A DNA stretch of 27,285 bases from Candidatus Hermodarchaeota archaeon (GCA_048885925.1 JBHLLG010000015.1:1-27285), one strand, 5' to 3'. Counted from the stretch's first letter, positions 1 through 10,200 are shown. Notes: generated by a model not told the origin, from the sequence alone. A program made the numbers and translations.

Positions 1-642
1 TGGATCTGTGGGATCTTCAAATATCGCACCAAGCATAGAATCTAAAACTGCTGCAATCGTGAATGTAAGAAATGCAGCACGAAGTAATTTGCCTTTCAAC
101 CTGATTTCACGATTTTCTGATTTAACAGATTTTTGAGCAAAAATAACTCCAGTTACCAGCATAACTAAAATAACAAGCAATAAGTAAATGGTTATGAAAA
201 GACCAAAATCAACTGTAAATGGTCGACTAGGATTTATTACACCAATTAAATCTAAATCGATAAAGAACAAAATAAAGAAAATTATTTCAAAGATTAACGA
301 AAGAATCACTGTAATGATCATAACTTTTTTTTGTGCTTTTCTATAAACCATATCTGTAAAAGCTGTTAACCAAGCTAATAATGCTATTGGAAGAAAACAA
401 TTCCCAATTATGAAATACCAACCAATGTTTAAGGATCGCTGAATAAAAAGATTCATCAATAAAGAAATTGAGTCTGGTACCCATGGGATACTTACGCCGA
501 TCCAACTAATTCCGACTAGTATTAACAAGCGGTTCTTATGTTCAAAATACTTCGAAAGAATTGTAAAGCCTATGATTAAGGAAATAACTACAAATATAAG
601 ACTAAAGCTTCCCTGAAGGATATCAACTAATTCAAGTACCAT
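1..642 (-). CDS. Multi-pass (7TM-like) membrane protein of an Asgard/Loki-expanded family; 3' end runs off the window
   Basis: Not in the ORF track; translated by hand. ATG at 642, open to base 1: MVLELVDILQGSFSLIFVVISLIIGFTILSKYFEHKNRLLILVGISWIGVSIPW... It has at least 6 hydrophobic segments and an upstream GAAGTGA SD-like motif. Confidence 0.8.
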   Translation of the reverse strand, partial: MVLELVDILQGSFSLIFVVISLIIGFTILSKYFEHKNRLLILVGISWIGVSIPWVPDSISLLMNLFIQRSLNIGWYFIIGNCFLPIALLAWLTAFTDMVYRKAQKKVMIITVILSLIFEIIFFILFFIDLDLIGVINPSRPFTVDFGLFITIYLLLVILVMLVTGVIFAQKSVKSENREIRLKGKLLRAAFLTFTIAAVLDSMLGAIFEDPTDP

Positions 643-762
643 AAATCATCACTTCTGTAAAAATACATTTTAGGTAAATAGTCTAGATTTAGATTGTTAA
701 ATATATATATTTATTTTTTAATAAATTCAAATTGAAGATCAAAATTAAAAAGGAGATTTATA

Positions 763-1848
763 TTAAATTATTTCATAACTTATAGATAACGTGTCTTCTA
801 CTCGTTCAGATAGTAATTTCAAATGTGTCATATATTCATTAAAAGAGATTTCTTGATTATTATATCTTTCTGTTAAGTTCCTGATTATATAAAAAGGTAG
901 GAATTTAATAAATCGAACATCTGAATAAGGATATACATAACCCTTCGCTTCATAAATAAAATTTTTATCTAAAAGTTCATTAAAGAGCTCTCCCCGATTA
1001 TTTAAAATATTAAGGCATTCATTAACCGTCAAATATTTTTCTCGTAATGTTTTTAATAAGATAAACACATCCTTATCAAACAGAACAGTGTTAATTAAGT
1101 TTTTATCCTCAAAGTCAGATATTTTGTAAACTTCGAAATAAAATTCTTTCAAAGAATCTTTATATTTTTTTAATACCTTTTCTGGAATTTGGTTTATAGG
1201 TAGATTCTTAGGAGGTATTCTTATGCAGGAAAGATCATTAATAAGAAAATAACATTCTTTACTACCGGGCACATTTTTCTTTACCACTAAGTTTTCTTGA
1301 AGGAAAGATATGAGTATCAAATCGATATTCACTGTAGAAAAACCATATTCATTTCTTAGAACATTTGTGAGTCCTATTTTTGATATTACTCCACTTCTTA
1401 AGATTTGTAGAATAGTAGATTTTATCCTATCTTGAAAAAATGTTTTTAGATTTTCTTCTTCATCCAATTTGGAGTAATTTCTTATTGTATTAAATGCTTC
1501 TGAAATTGCACGAGTAATTTTATTTGTATTAATTAACTCTACTAAATTTTTACTTATAAGGGCTAATATATCGGGAGATTCTATAATCATATCTTTACTA
1601 TCATCATTCTGTTTATAAACTAAAACCATAAAATATACTTCTCCCTCAAAAATTTGCATTATTGAAAGATAATAATTATCCTCATCCTCAGGCATAAATT
1701 CAATCATAGAATTTTCTTTATTTAACTCGTGTTTTGCCCAAATTTTCAAGAAAATCGGTTTTGGGGGGAAATTTTCCTCTGGAGGGTATTGTATAATAGG
1801 TTCAGGTCCTGTCTGGGTATTCCAATGTGCTAGAATTATTCTTTCCAT
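763..1848 (-). CDS. Longin/uDENN-like N-terminal domain protein with probable winged-helix region(s); NPRL2/3-like architecture
   Basis: N-terminus IILAHWNTQTGPEPIIQYP resembles the beta1-'GP'-beta2 start of NPR2/uDENN longin domains. The segment ILQILRSGVISKIGLTNVLRNEYGFSTVNIDLILISFLQENLVVKK has a wHTH-like pattern. Assigned by pattern recognition only. Confidence 0.55.
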   Translation of the reverse strand: MERIILAHWNTQTGPEPIIQYPPEENFPPKPIFLKIWAKHELNKENSMIEFMPEDEDNYYLSIMQIFEGEVYFMVLVYKQNDDSKDMIIESPDILALISKNLVELINTNKITRAISEAFNTIRNYSKLDEEENLKTFFQDRIKSTILQILRSGVISKIGLTNVLRNEYGFSTVNIDLILISFLQENLVVKKNVPGSKECYFLINDLSCIRIPPKNLPINQIPEKVLKKYKDSLKEFYFEVYKISDFEDKNLINTVLFDKDVFILLKTLREKYLTVNECLNILNNRGELFNELLDKNFIYEAKGYVYPYSDVRFIKFLPFYIIRNLTERYNNQEISFNEYMTHLKLLSERVEDTLSISYEII

Positions 1849-2146
1849 AATTATCTCTTAATTATTCTCCTAAAGATAATTTCATAAAAAGGTATGCAAT
1901 ATTTCTAATGAAGAACAGATTAATTTCTTCACCTATAATAAACATTTATTTATGAAAATTATTTTTCTCTTTCTTATTAATGGTTTTTGTTCTTATAATA
2001 TTTTATTGCTTAAAGAGCTAAATCTAATCTATTAAAATCTAATACTTTAATTTGAAATGTTAAAAAAACTTGATTTTACTCAAAAAAAGCTAAAAAGGTT
2101 AAAATGGCAAATTAAGAAAAGGTAATCTTTGTAATAGGATATTTTA

Positions 2147-2401
2147 TTAAAAGAATTCTGGATATGATTGCTCAATTCTATTAAGAGTGATTGCTAATAG
2201 ATTAAGAATCTCTTCACTGCTATTATTTTTAATATTTTCAATAAAATGATCCAAAATTTTATTACCAAGGGTTATATCGTCAATAGTTTTGGTACTTTTA
2301 TATTGGAACAGAATTTTAAACTCTTTTTCAATCCAATCTAAGTCATTTTTTAAACTTTGTATATAATATTCCTCTGTAAGTTCCTCATCAATATTCGACA
2401 T
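2147..2401 (-). CDS. Small acidic helical hypothetical protein (84 aa)
   Basis: ATG start preceded by AGGTGA SD; amphipathic helical composition. Confidence 0.75.
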   Translation of the reverse strand: MSNIDEELTEEYYIQSLKNDLDWIEKEFKILFQYKSTKTIDDITLGNKILDHFIENIKNNSSEEILNLLAITLNRIEQSYPEFF

Positions 2402-2404
2402 AAA

Positions 2405-2411
2405 ATCACCT
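2405..2411 (-). promoter_or_regulatory. Shine-Dalgarno motif for the 84-aa gene
   Basis: Minus strand reads AAAAGGTGATTTTATG; AGGTGAT matches the archaeal anti-SD. Confidence 0.6.
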
Positions 2412-2696
2412 TTTGTAATTTATTTTAAAATTGAATAGACAAATCTTCACAGATAAATGTTTGAAATAAATATAATATTAATCCTTATTACCTTGAATTA
2501 AAGATAGTGACGAATTATTTAAATTCATTCAAACCGTAAAATTTTTATAACAATGTTACGAACAAATCAAATTTGTACACAAAAAGAGATTGAATTGTAC
2601 AAAATATGCAAAAATCAAATAGACATAGAATCTAATAATCTAATTTGAACTCTATAAAAAAGTGGAGATTAATAGATTTTAAGTTAATTGAATGTT

Positions 2697-2870
2697 TTAA
2701 ATCCCTAATATTTTAGTGTAGTATCTCGTAAAGGCTTTAGATAATTCATAGATTGATTGGAGATTATTGGTACTTATAGCATGATTAAGATTCGCGTAGA
2801 ATTCATTTAAATTTAATTCATCATTTTCAATGAAAGTAATTGACTTAGAGTTCTTTTCTTTTTCATTCAT
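2697..2870 (-). CDS. Small hypothetical protein (57 aa from the ATG at 2870)
   Basis: Track ORF 2697..2894; the internal ATG (MNEKEKN...) is the more plausible start. No recognisable domain. Confidence 0.4.
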   Translation of the reverse strand: MNEKEKNSKSITFIENDELNLNEFYANLNHAISTNNLQSIYELSKAFTRYYTKILGI

Positions 2871-2940
2871 GGAGTATAATATTGTAATATGCAATAAAAA
2901 AAAAAGTAGTATCTAAATAATACGTTGGATTTGTTGAAAA

Positions 2941-3125
2941 TTAATTAGAATTTTTTCCAGATTTCTTCTTTTCGTGATATTTAACTAATATATAACGACA
3001 AACATTACAACTAAAACTGCTATTATGAGTAATAGTATATTATTAAAGAATTCAGATTGTGCATTAATTACAGAGCGATCAAACTCAGAATAATTTACAT
3101 TTTCTATTAATTGTGAATATACTAT
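2941..3125 (-). pseudogene. Remnant second copy of the 3' end of a DedA/VTT gene, frameshifted
   Basis: In frame right after the DedA TAA: IVYSQLIENVNYSEFDRSVINAQSEFFNNILLLIIAVLVVMFVVIY* (TAG 2987-2985). This aligns to the DedA C-terminus VIIDQSNYFNTILLIILATLALMIVLYY. A shifted frame continues YILVKYHEKKKSGKNSN* (TAA 2943-2941). Confidence 0.7.
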
Positions 3126-3974
3126 TTAGTCTTTTTTTAAATCCCTTTTTTTCACCAATCTTTTTATTATTAAGTAGTATAAAACGATCATTAAAGCTAA
3201 GGTTGCTAAAATTATTAATAGTATTGTATTGAAATAATTCGATTGATCTATAATAACATTTAAAGGTAAAGTATCAAAATCCAATGGTAATGTCAGACTA
3301 AACCTCATAAAAAGCAGCCAACCTAAAGTTGCATAAAAAAAAGATCTAAAAATACTCCCCAAGAAAGTACCTATAGAATATTTTTTTACATCAATATCAA
3401 CCAGTCCTGAAGTGTATGAGATGACATCAAATGGAATGAATGGAATAAACCTTGTGATTACAATTGCTAACATACCATGTTTTCGGATGAATTCATCAGC
3501 TATATCAATCGCTTTTTTACCAACAAATTTTTCCGCTAAAGGTCGCCCACCACGTTTACTTACATAATAACATAATATAGCTGCAGCCATTGATCCAATA
3601 ATTCCTAATAACCCTCCAAAAAACCAACCCCAAATCATTCCAGTAGCTAATAAAACAACTTCAGACGGAAGAGGGACGAGAAGACCTTGAACAGCCATAA
3701 TCGCTATAAATAGAAAAATACCTGCGATTCCAAGGCTGTAAATAGGATTTACAAAAAAGATTATAACAAATTTATAAAGTATTGTATTATCTACAAAAAA
3801 GATTATGTACAATAAAGCTAAAGACGCAACAATTAAAATTATGAATATAACAATATATGCAATCGTCTTATTATCAAAATGAGAAAAGTCAATTAGATTC
3901 TTAAGATATTTCTTAATTTTTGCTGAAAATGGTTTTTTCAAATCATTTTTTTCGTTTTTATTGTTCTCTGCCAT
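3126..3974 (-). CDS. DedA/TVP38/TMEM64 (VTT domain) membrane protein
   Basis: Motifs QGLLVPLPSEVVLLATGMIWG, GSMAAAILCYYVSKRGGR, ITRFIPFIPFDVISYTSGL. ATG at 3974 preferred over TTG at 3983. Confidence 0.9.
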   Translation of the reverse strand: MAENNKNEKNDLKKPFSAKIKKYLKNLIDFSHFDNKTIAYIVIFIILIVASLALLYIIFFVDNTILYKFVIIFFVNPIYSLGIAGIFLFIAIMAVQGLLVPLPSEVVLLATGMIWGWFFGGLLGIIGSMAAAILCYYVSKRGGRPLAEKFVGKKAIDIADEFIRKHGMLAIVITRFIPFIPFDVISYTSGLVDIDVKKYSIGTFLGSIFRSFFYATLGWLLFMRFSLTLPLDFDTLPLNVIIDQSNYFNTILLIILATLALMIVLYYLIIKRLVKKRDLKKD

Positions 3975-4083
3975 AACAGTCAAATCATAAAGTAAAAATT
4001 AAGTAATATTAGTAATTTAAATTTCTATAAAAAGTATTTTTTTCAATGTTCCTACTAAAGACATAATTGTTTTCTTTTTAATT

Positions 4084-4827
4084 ATGAGACCCTTTGTTTT
4101 TGCTCATCGAGGAGCTTCAGGATACGAGATAGAAAACACAATTCCTTCTTTTAAAAGAGCAATAAGTATGGGGGCAGGAATAGAAACTGATTTACAAATT
4201 ACAAAAGATAGTAAATTAATATGTTTTCACGATTCTTACATTGAAAGAAAAAGAGAATATTTTTCTATCAATTCTTTAAATTATGATGAGATACTTAATA
4301 TTAAATTTAAAGATGAGCGAAAAATTCCTCTTATTGAAGAAGTTTTTCAATTATTTATGGATAAACTAGGTAAATTAAGATATTGTTTTGATATTGCTAA
4401 CAGAAAAGTTGGATTAGAACTCTTAAATCTTGCACAAAAATACTCTCTTCTTAATACAATTGAAATTACAGATAGAAGATTAGCGGTTTTATCCCATTTA
4501 AGAGAGAAAAATGGTGACGTTAAGCTTATATATACACTACCAGAAAATACGAAATCCTTTATTAGTCAGTCGCTAAATGTCGAAAGGTTGAAAAGATTAG
4601 ACATCTCTACAGTAAACTTACAATGTACAAAATTTGTTAAAGAGAATTTTAAAGCTATAGTTGATAATGATTTAAAATGCTATATTTGGGGAGTAAATAC
4701 AAAAATGAACATGAAAAGAGTTCTAAAATTAAGGTATCGAGACCAAGGAGTAGAGGCAATATATACTGATTATCCAGACACACTCACTAATCTAATTATG
4801 AAATATTTTAAAAAAGATAATAATTAA
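4084..4827 (+). CDS. Glycerophosphodiester phosphodiesterase (GDPD family)
   Basis: FAHRGASG..ENTIPSF, IETDLQITKD..ICFHD, C-terminal AIYTDYPD. Confidence 0.93.
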   Translation: MRPFVFAHRGASGYEIENTIPSFKRAISMGAGIETDLQITKDSKLICFHDSYIERKREYFSINSLNYDEILNIKFKDERKIPLIEEVFQLFMDKLGKLRYCFDIANRKVGLELLNLAQKYSLLNTIEITDRRLAVLSHLREKNGDVKLIYTLPENTKSFISQSLNVERLKRLDISTVNLQCTKFVKENFKAIVDNDLKCYIWGVNTKMNMKRVLKLRYRDQGVEAIYTDYPDTLTNLIMKYFKKDNN

Positions 4828-4896
4828 TAATAGATTCTAATAAAATGGTTATTATTTAATTTATTTAATTTGAATAAAGCAACGTTAGGTAGAAGA

Positions 4897-5709
4897 ATGT
4901 TTAAAAATTTAATAGAGTCATTAATCTCGAAATTAATATTTATATTAATAATCATTTGGGTTATTCTTGCTTTAATATTTGGTTTTACAGATTTAGAAAT
5001 ATCAAAAGCTGTTGTCGATATAAATTCTCCTTGGGGAATTTTTGGAGATAAATATGGTGGAATACCTGGTTATGGTTTAATAGCAATTGCTTTATCTGTA
5101 TTGATAGGAGGGTTTAATCAAAATATAAAAGCTCAAAAAATTCCTGCATATATTATTATAGGTATTGGGATTACTCTATTGATTATTGGTTTATTTTTTA
5201 ATATTAAGGAGTTAATATTTGATGGGGGCACAATCTCCATTTGTTTAATAATATTTCTTAAGATGACATTTAATAAGGATTGGGCTAAATATAGAAAAAT
5301 TTCTACAGTTATTACTGCTTTAGCAATTTTAAATCCTTTATTATTTGTTAGAATTACCAAGGTGTTGTGTGGTAGAGTACGGTTTTATGATTTGACGTAT
5401 CCTAGTTTTTTTGAATATACTCCATGGTTTTTACCTCCTGGACCAACATCTAGTGGTAGATCTTTTCCATCTGGACACACAGCTATGTCATTTATGCTTT
5501 TACCATTATTGATATTATTTAAAGATCTAAAATGGAAAGATATACGTAGAATACTGGTTACAATCTTAGTACTGGGATGGGCTATTTTTGTAGGTTTATC
5601 TCGGATCGTTATTGGTGCTCATTATGCTTCAGATGTTTTATTTTCTGCCATGATGGCTACTATTATTACAATTTTACTTTATAAGAAAATATATTTAGGT
5701 AATAAATAA
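4897..5709 (+). CDS. PAP2-family membrane phosphatase
   Basis: C1 KVLCGRVRF, C2 SFPSGH, C3 SRIVIGAHYASDV, multiple TM segments. ATG at 4897 preferred over TTG at 4870. Confidence 0.92.
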   Translation: MFKNLIESLISKLIFILIIIWVILALIFGFTDLEISKAVVDINSPWGIFGDKYGGIPGYGLIAIALSVLIGGFNQNIKAQKIPAYIIIGIGITLLIIGLFFNIKELIFDGGTISICLIIFLKMTFNKDWAKYRKISTVITALAILNPLLFVRITKVLCGRVRFYDLTYPSFFEYTPWFLPPGPTSSGRSFPSGHTAMSFMLLPLLILFKDLKWKDIRRILVTILVLGWAIFVGLSRIVIGAHYASDVLFSAMMATIITILLYKKIYLGNK

Positions 5710-5733
5710 TAATTTAAAAAAATTGTTTCATAT

Positions 5734-6387
5734 ATGAAAGAAATTGTTAAAAATCTATATCACATAGGAGATTCTGGTTGTTCTGTTTATGTTATAAATA
5801 CAGAAAGTGAAGATGGACTTGTTTTAATTGATTGTGGAATGAGCTTAAGTTTAATAAAAAAAATTGATAAGGTTGGATTAAATCCAATGGATATTAAAAA
5901 CTGTATAATAACTCATTTTCACATTGACCATATAGCTGCATGTTCGGATCTTAAAGACTATAATAAAAAAGTAAAATTTTATGCTCATGAGATGGATGCT
6001 ATACCTATTGAAGAAAAAGGACATAATAGAGAAACAGCAGCTATATGGTATGGAGTTGAATATAGACCAATCAAACTTGAAAAAAGATTGAAAGGAAATC
6101 TTGAAATTTTAAAATTTGGGAGTTACGAATTTCAGTGTATCCATACTCCTGGGCATACTCCCGGATCTATTTCAATTTTAATCGAGATGAAAGATTTTAA
6201 TAAAAAAATTCTATTTGGTCAAGATTTGCATGGACCTATAATTCCTGGAGTCAGTAATTTTAGTGATTATCAAAAATCATTGAAAAAGTTATTAGAATTA
6301 AAAGCAGATATTTTATGCGAAGGTCATTTTGGAATCTTCCACCCTGCAAGTGAAGTTGAAAAGTATATAAAACAATATATAGAATAA
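5734..6387 (+). CDS. MBL-fold metallo-hydrolase (glyoxalase II-like)
   Basis: THFHIDH (HxHxDH), HTPGHTPGS, LIDCG, CEGH. Confidence 0.92.
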   Translation: MKEIVKNLYHIGDSGCSVYVINTESEDGLVLIDCGMSLSLIKKIDKVGLNPMDIKNCIITHFHIDHIAACSDLKDYNKKVKFYAHEMDAIPIEEKGHNRETAAIWYGVEYRPIKLEKRLKGNLEILKFGSYEFQCIHTPGHTPGSISILIEMKDFNKKILFGQDLHGPIIPGVSNFSDYQKSLKKLLELKADILCEGHFGIFHPASEVEKYIKQYIE

Positions 6388-6407
6388 AAAAATGAAAATC
6401 AGTATTA

Positions 6408-9400
6408 TTATTTGAATATTTGCATACTTTCTTTCTTTTTTATTTGTATATTGTCAAGATTCTTTTTTACAATGCCTGCAAATTCTGTTTCTTCTGCCCC
6501 AATCTTATCAATAATTTTAAGTGCTTCTTCAAATTGCCCGATAGCTTTGCTACGTTTTCCTTGGTCTTGATAAATTAATCCAAGATAATTAAGACATTCC
6601 GATTTTCTTTCAAGATGCCCAATTTGGCTGAAAATTTGAGCTGAATCGTTCATATATTTTAAAGCTTTCTTGTATTCCATTTGATCCATGTATATTAACC
6701 CTATTTTTTGCAGAAAATGTGCTTTATACTCTAAATTATTTAATGATTCTGATAGATTGAAACCCTCTTCATAATAACTTAAGGCTTCATCATATTTTTT
6801 CAGGTTAACTTTAATTGAACCCAAATTGTTAAGCGTTTCAATTACACCAACTTTATTTTCAAGATTTAGATAATTTTGATATGCTTGTTGTAACATTTCT
6901 AATGCTTCATCATACCTTATCTGGTTAATATAGATCTCACCGATCTTTTTCGTTGCTCTTGTAATTTCTGTAGGATTTTGTAAATCCTTAAAAATTTTTA
7001 AAGCTTCCTCAAAATGAGTTAGAGCTTCAGAATATTGCATTTTATTCTGGTAAATATTTCCAGCATTCAATAGATGTTTCGCCATACCGGGTAAATTTCC
7101 TAGTTCTTCATCAATATCCATTGCTTGCTCAAGAATTTTTAAAGCTTTTTCATAGTTTTTTTGTTGTTGATAAATCAATCCTATTTTTGAAAGAATTTCT
7201 GCTTTTTTTTCAAGATTTCCTATTTTATCAACCACTTGAAGCATCTCTTCAAAGTTTTTTCTTGCTTCCTCATAACGTTCTTGATATTGGTATATATTTC
7301 CTATTATTTCATGAATGCTAGCTTCTTCATCAAGATCTACTAAATCTTCTGCCGTATATAGTGCTTCTCCAAACCATTTTAGCGCTTCAGGATAATTGAC
7401 TTGATCTAGATAGGTATTACCGATATTTTTAAGTATTTCTACTTTCATATATAAATTTTCTAACCATTCAAATATTTGAAGAGCTTTCTCAAAATAAGAA
7501 ATAGCTAGGGAATAATTAATTTGATATAAATAATTAAATCCTATAAAATTTAAACAGATAGCTTTCTCCTCAAGAAGTCTTTCTTGTTCATAAATTTCTA
7601 AAGCGTTTTCAAACTTTTTTGATGCATCAGAATAATTTCCTTGATCTTGATCAATTAATCCCAGATTAATAATAATTCTAGCTTGACCTTCAACATTATC
7701 TAATTGTTTAAATAAGCTTAAGGCTTCTTCAAATCTAGTTAAAGCTTCAGAATAATTTCCCTGATCAAGATAAATCAATCCTATATTAGTAAGAGAATCA
7801 GCATTCCCATCTAGATTCTCTAATTCCAAATTAATTTTTATTGCTTCTTCAGCTTTTTTTAATGCCTCCCGAGATCTACCTTGTTTACGGTAAATCAAAC
7901 TCAATTTATTAAGATTTTTTGCTTTAGATTCAAGATCATCGAAATGATCATTAATTTCTAATAATTTCTCAAATCTTCTACAAGCTCTTAAGTATTGTTT
8001 CTGCTTTAAATAGATCGATCCAGTCTTTTTATATATTTCAGCTTTTTTCTGAAAATTTCCAAGCTCATCATATATTTTTAAAGAATCTTCAAACCATTCT
8101 AAAGCAAGAGGATATTTTTTTTGTTTTTGATATAAAATACCAATATCAAATGAATAATGAGCTTTCTTTTCTGAGTTTTTTAATTGATCAGCAATCCCAA
8201 TAGCTTCTTGAAAATAATTTAAAGCTTTAGTGAAATTCCATCCCTTTAGAAAAATCACACCTAGATTACGCAGAATATTCGCTTTTTCTTCTAATATTCC
8301 CAATTTATCATATAAATAAAGCGCTTCTTCATTTCTTTTTAATGCTTCTGAGAGTCGATCTAACATTATAAAGATTTCACCGATTTTATTGATTGATTTT
8401 GCTTTTCCCTTTAAATTTCCTAATTTTTCATAGAGATCTGAAGCTTCATAAAATCTTTTCAAAGATTCGAAATACTCTTGTTGTATTATCAAGATATCGC
8501 CAATTTTTCTCAAAATTTTTGCTTTTTCCCTTAAATTTTCTAATTTATCATAAATCTTGTTTATCGCTTCGAATTCTATTAATGTTTGGGAATATTTTTC
8601 TTGATCTTGATGAATTAATCCAATATTTTTAAGATGATGTGCTTTTCTAGTTAAATTCTTTAATTTTTCATCAATTTTTAAAGCTTCCTCAAAGCAATCT
8701 AATGCTTTAATATAATTCTTCTGTTTTCGATAAATTAATCCTAAATTACTAAGAACAATAGCTTTTTTTCTAAAAAGTTTTGATTTCTCTACGATTTGAA
8801 GTGCTTCTTCTAAGGATTTTAAAGCATCTAATAAATTCTCTTGAGCCATGAAAATAATTCCCATTTTAATAAGAGAAGTCGCTTTAGAATTATTATCTCC
8901 AATTTGATCAGCTATACGATTTACTTCTTGTAAACAGTTTAAAGCATCGCCATATTGTTTAAAATGAAAATAGATTTGGTAAGAAATAATAAATTTTATT
9001 AGTTCAGTTGGATTTGGTACATTATCTCGAATCCAATCCATAATTCCTATAGAAAAGTTTTCTGAACTCAAATCAGGCTTGATTTCTAATAAATCTTCCA
9101 ATAATATCGAGATATTTATATCTACTCGATATATGTGAATATCGTTATTCAGTTGTTTAATTTCAATAAGTTTATAATCTAATTTATCCAACTTCAGTGA
9201 TGATTGAATCTTATCAGTATCAATTTCATAAATCTGTTCTTCTACTATATAATCACTAACATGATTTATCCAAATGATATTTTGAAGATTCTGTATAATC
9301 TTCAGTGTCGGAATTATATCAGAATCATGATCGCCAGAATAACCAATAATAACAAGAGTACGTCCATCCATTAGATTATCGAATAGAGGACGCACGTATG

Positions 9401-10007
9401 GTTTTAATTGAAATAAATTTAATTTTTTAATATTAGTACCAAGAAGATTTATTGTATTAACTAATGAGTCTCTTGTATCTTCTTCTAGAATAAAGTTTTT
9501 AGTCGATCCATGAATTTTATAAATAGGAAATTTCCCATTTTTTATTAATTTATGAACTTCACAATATTTTTTAATACTCTTCTCAGTTATAGGTGTTACA
9601 ACTTTTTTCCGAGAAACGCCAGATTGGATAAGAGCTTGTTCGATTAAAAAATCAAAATTAGTCGTTAAAACTGGATGACCTTTTTCAAGCATTTTTGATA
9701 TAAAAAAATGTTGCATATTTGGTTTATCACACAGCTCATAATAATCAAGAATTTTCAATTTTTTATCTAAGCGTTCATTAATTATCTCCAATAACACTTC
9801 GAATTGTAGATATTTTAATTCTAGAATTTTTTTAATTTCAGTTTCTGCACATGTATAATTAATTATGCTTTCTATCATATCTTTAGTTTTTGGTAAAGAA
9901 GAAGGGGGATCAATCGAAACTCCCGAACCTATTAAAAACGTTAAATTATCCCCTTCTTTTAATACTTCTCTAATATTTAATTCATTAGTTATTTCAGCGG
10001 ATTTCAA
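6408..10007 (-). CDS. SIR2-like domain plus long TPR array protein (1199 aa)
   Basis: N-terminal FLIGSGVS..PSSLP, LTTNFD, YKIHGS, IIGYSGD (SIR2_2-type), followed by about 20 TPR-like repeats of about 40 aa. Confidence 0.88.
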   Translation of the reverse strand: MKSAEITNELNIREVLKEGDNLTFLIGSGVSIDPPSSLPKTKDMIESIINYTCAETEIKKILELKYLQFEVLLEIINERLDKKLKILDYYELCDKPNMQHFFISKMLEKGHPVLTTNFDFLIEQALIQSGVSRKKVVTPITEKSIKKYCEVHKLIKNGKFPIYKIHGSTKNFILEEDTRDSLVNTINLLGTNIKKLNLFQLKPYVRPLFDNLMDGRTLVIIGYSGDHDSDIIPTLKIIQNLQNIIWINHVSDYIVEEQIYEIDTDKIQSSLKLDKLDYKLIEIKQLNNDIHIYRVDINISILLEDLLEIKPDLSSENFSIGIMDWIRDNVPNPTELIKFIISYQIYFHFKQYGDALNCLQEVNRIADQIGDNNSKATSLIKMGIIFMAQENLLDALKSLEEALQIVEKSKLFRKKAIVLSNLGLIYRKQKNYIKALDCFEEALKIDEKLKNLTRKAHHLKNIGLIHQDQEKYSQTLIEFEAINKIYDKLENLREKAKILRKIGDILIIQQEYFESLKRFYEASDLYEKLGNLKGKAKSINKIGEIFIMLDRLSEALKRNEEALYLYDKLGILEEKANILRNLGVIFLKGWNFTKALNYFQEAIGIADQLKNSEKKAHYSFDIGILYQKQKKYPLALEWFEDSLKIYDELGNFQKKAEIYKKTGSIYLKQKQYLRACRRFEKLLEINDHFDDLESKAKNLNKLSLIYRKQGRSREALKKAEEAIKINLELENLDGNADSLTNIGLIYLDQGNYSEALTRFEEALSLFKQLDNVEGQARIIINLGLIDQDQGNYSDASKKFENALEIYEQERLLEEKAICLNFIGFNYLYQINYSLAISYFEKALQIFEWLENLYMKVEILKNIGNTYLDQVNYPEALKWFGEALYTAEDLVDLDEEASIHEIIGNIYQYQERYEEARKNFEEMLQVVDKIGNLEKKAEILSKIGLIYQQQKNYEKALKILEQAMDIDEELGNLPGMAKHLLNAGNIYQNKMQYSEALTHFEEALKIFKDLQNPTEITRATKKIGEIYINQIRYDEALEMLQQAYQNYLNLENKVGVIETLNNLGSIKVNLKKYDEALSYYEEGFNLSESLNNLEYKAHFLQKIGLIYMDQMEYKKALKYMNDSAQIFSQIGHLERKSECLNYLGLIYQDQGKRSKAIGQFEEALKIIDKIGAEETEFAGIVKKNLDNIQIKKKESMQIFK
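6450..9000 (-). repeat. Degenerate ~120-bp (40-aa) TPR-like coding repeats, about 20 copies
   Basis: Recurring A..L..IG.IY..Q..Y..AL..FEEAL.I...L pattern; boundaries approximate. Confidence 0.85.
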
Positions 10008-10200
10008 TATCTTTCGCTCCTATATATTATTAAATTCTTATATAAATTAAGATATTTGATTATTATTATCCTTAAAAATTTAGTCTTATATTATTTAATT
10101 ATCTTATTTAATTTTGATTAATCTCTATTAACTATTCATAAATGAAAGGATAATATAAAATTTTAAGCCCATAAAAATTAATTATACTTGAATATAACTA

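Noticed and set aside
2553-2648. 31-aa + strand ORF (MLRTNQICTQKE...) and two nearby TTGTAC motifs
   Set aside because: Too short, no SD or recognisable homology; such motifs are expected by chance in AT-rich DNA.
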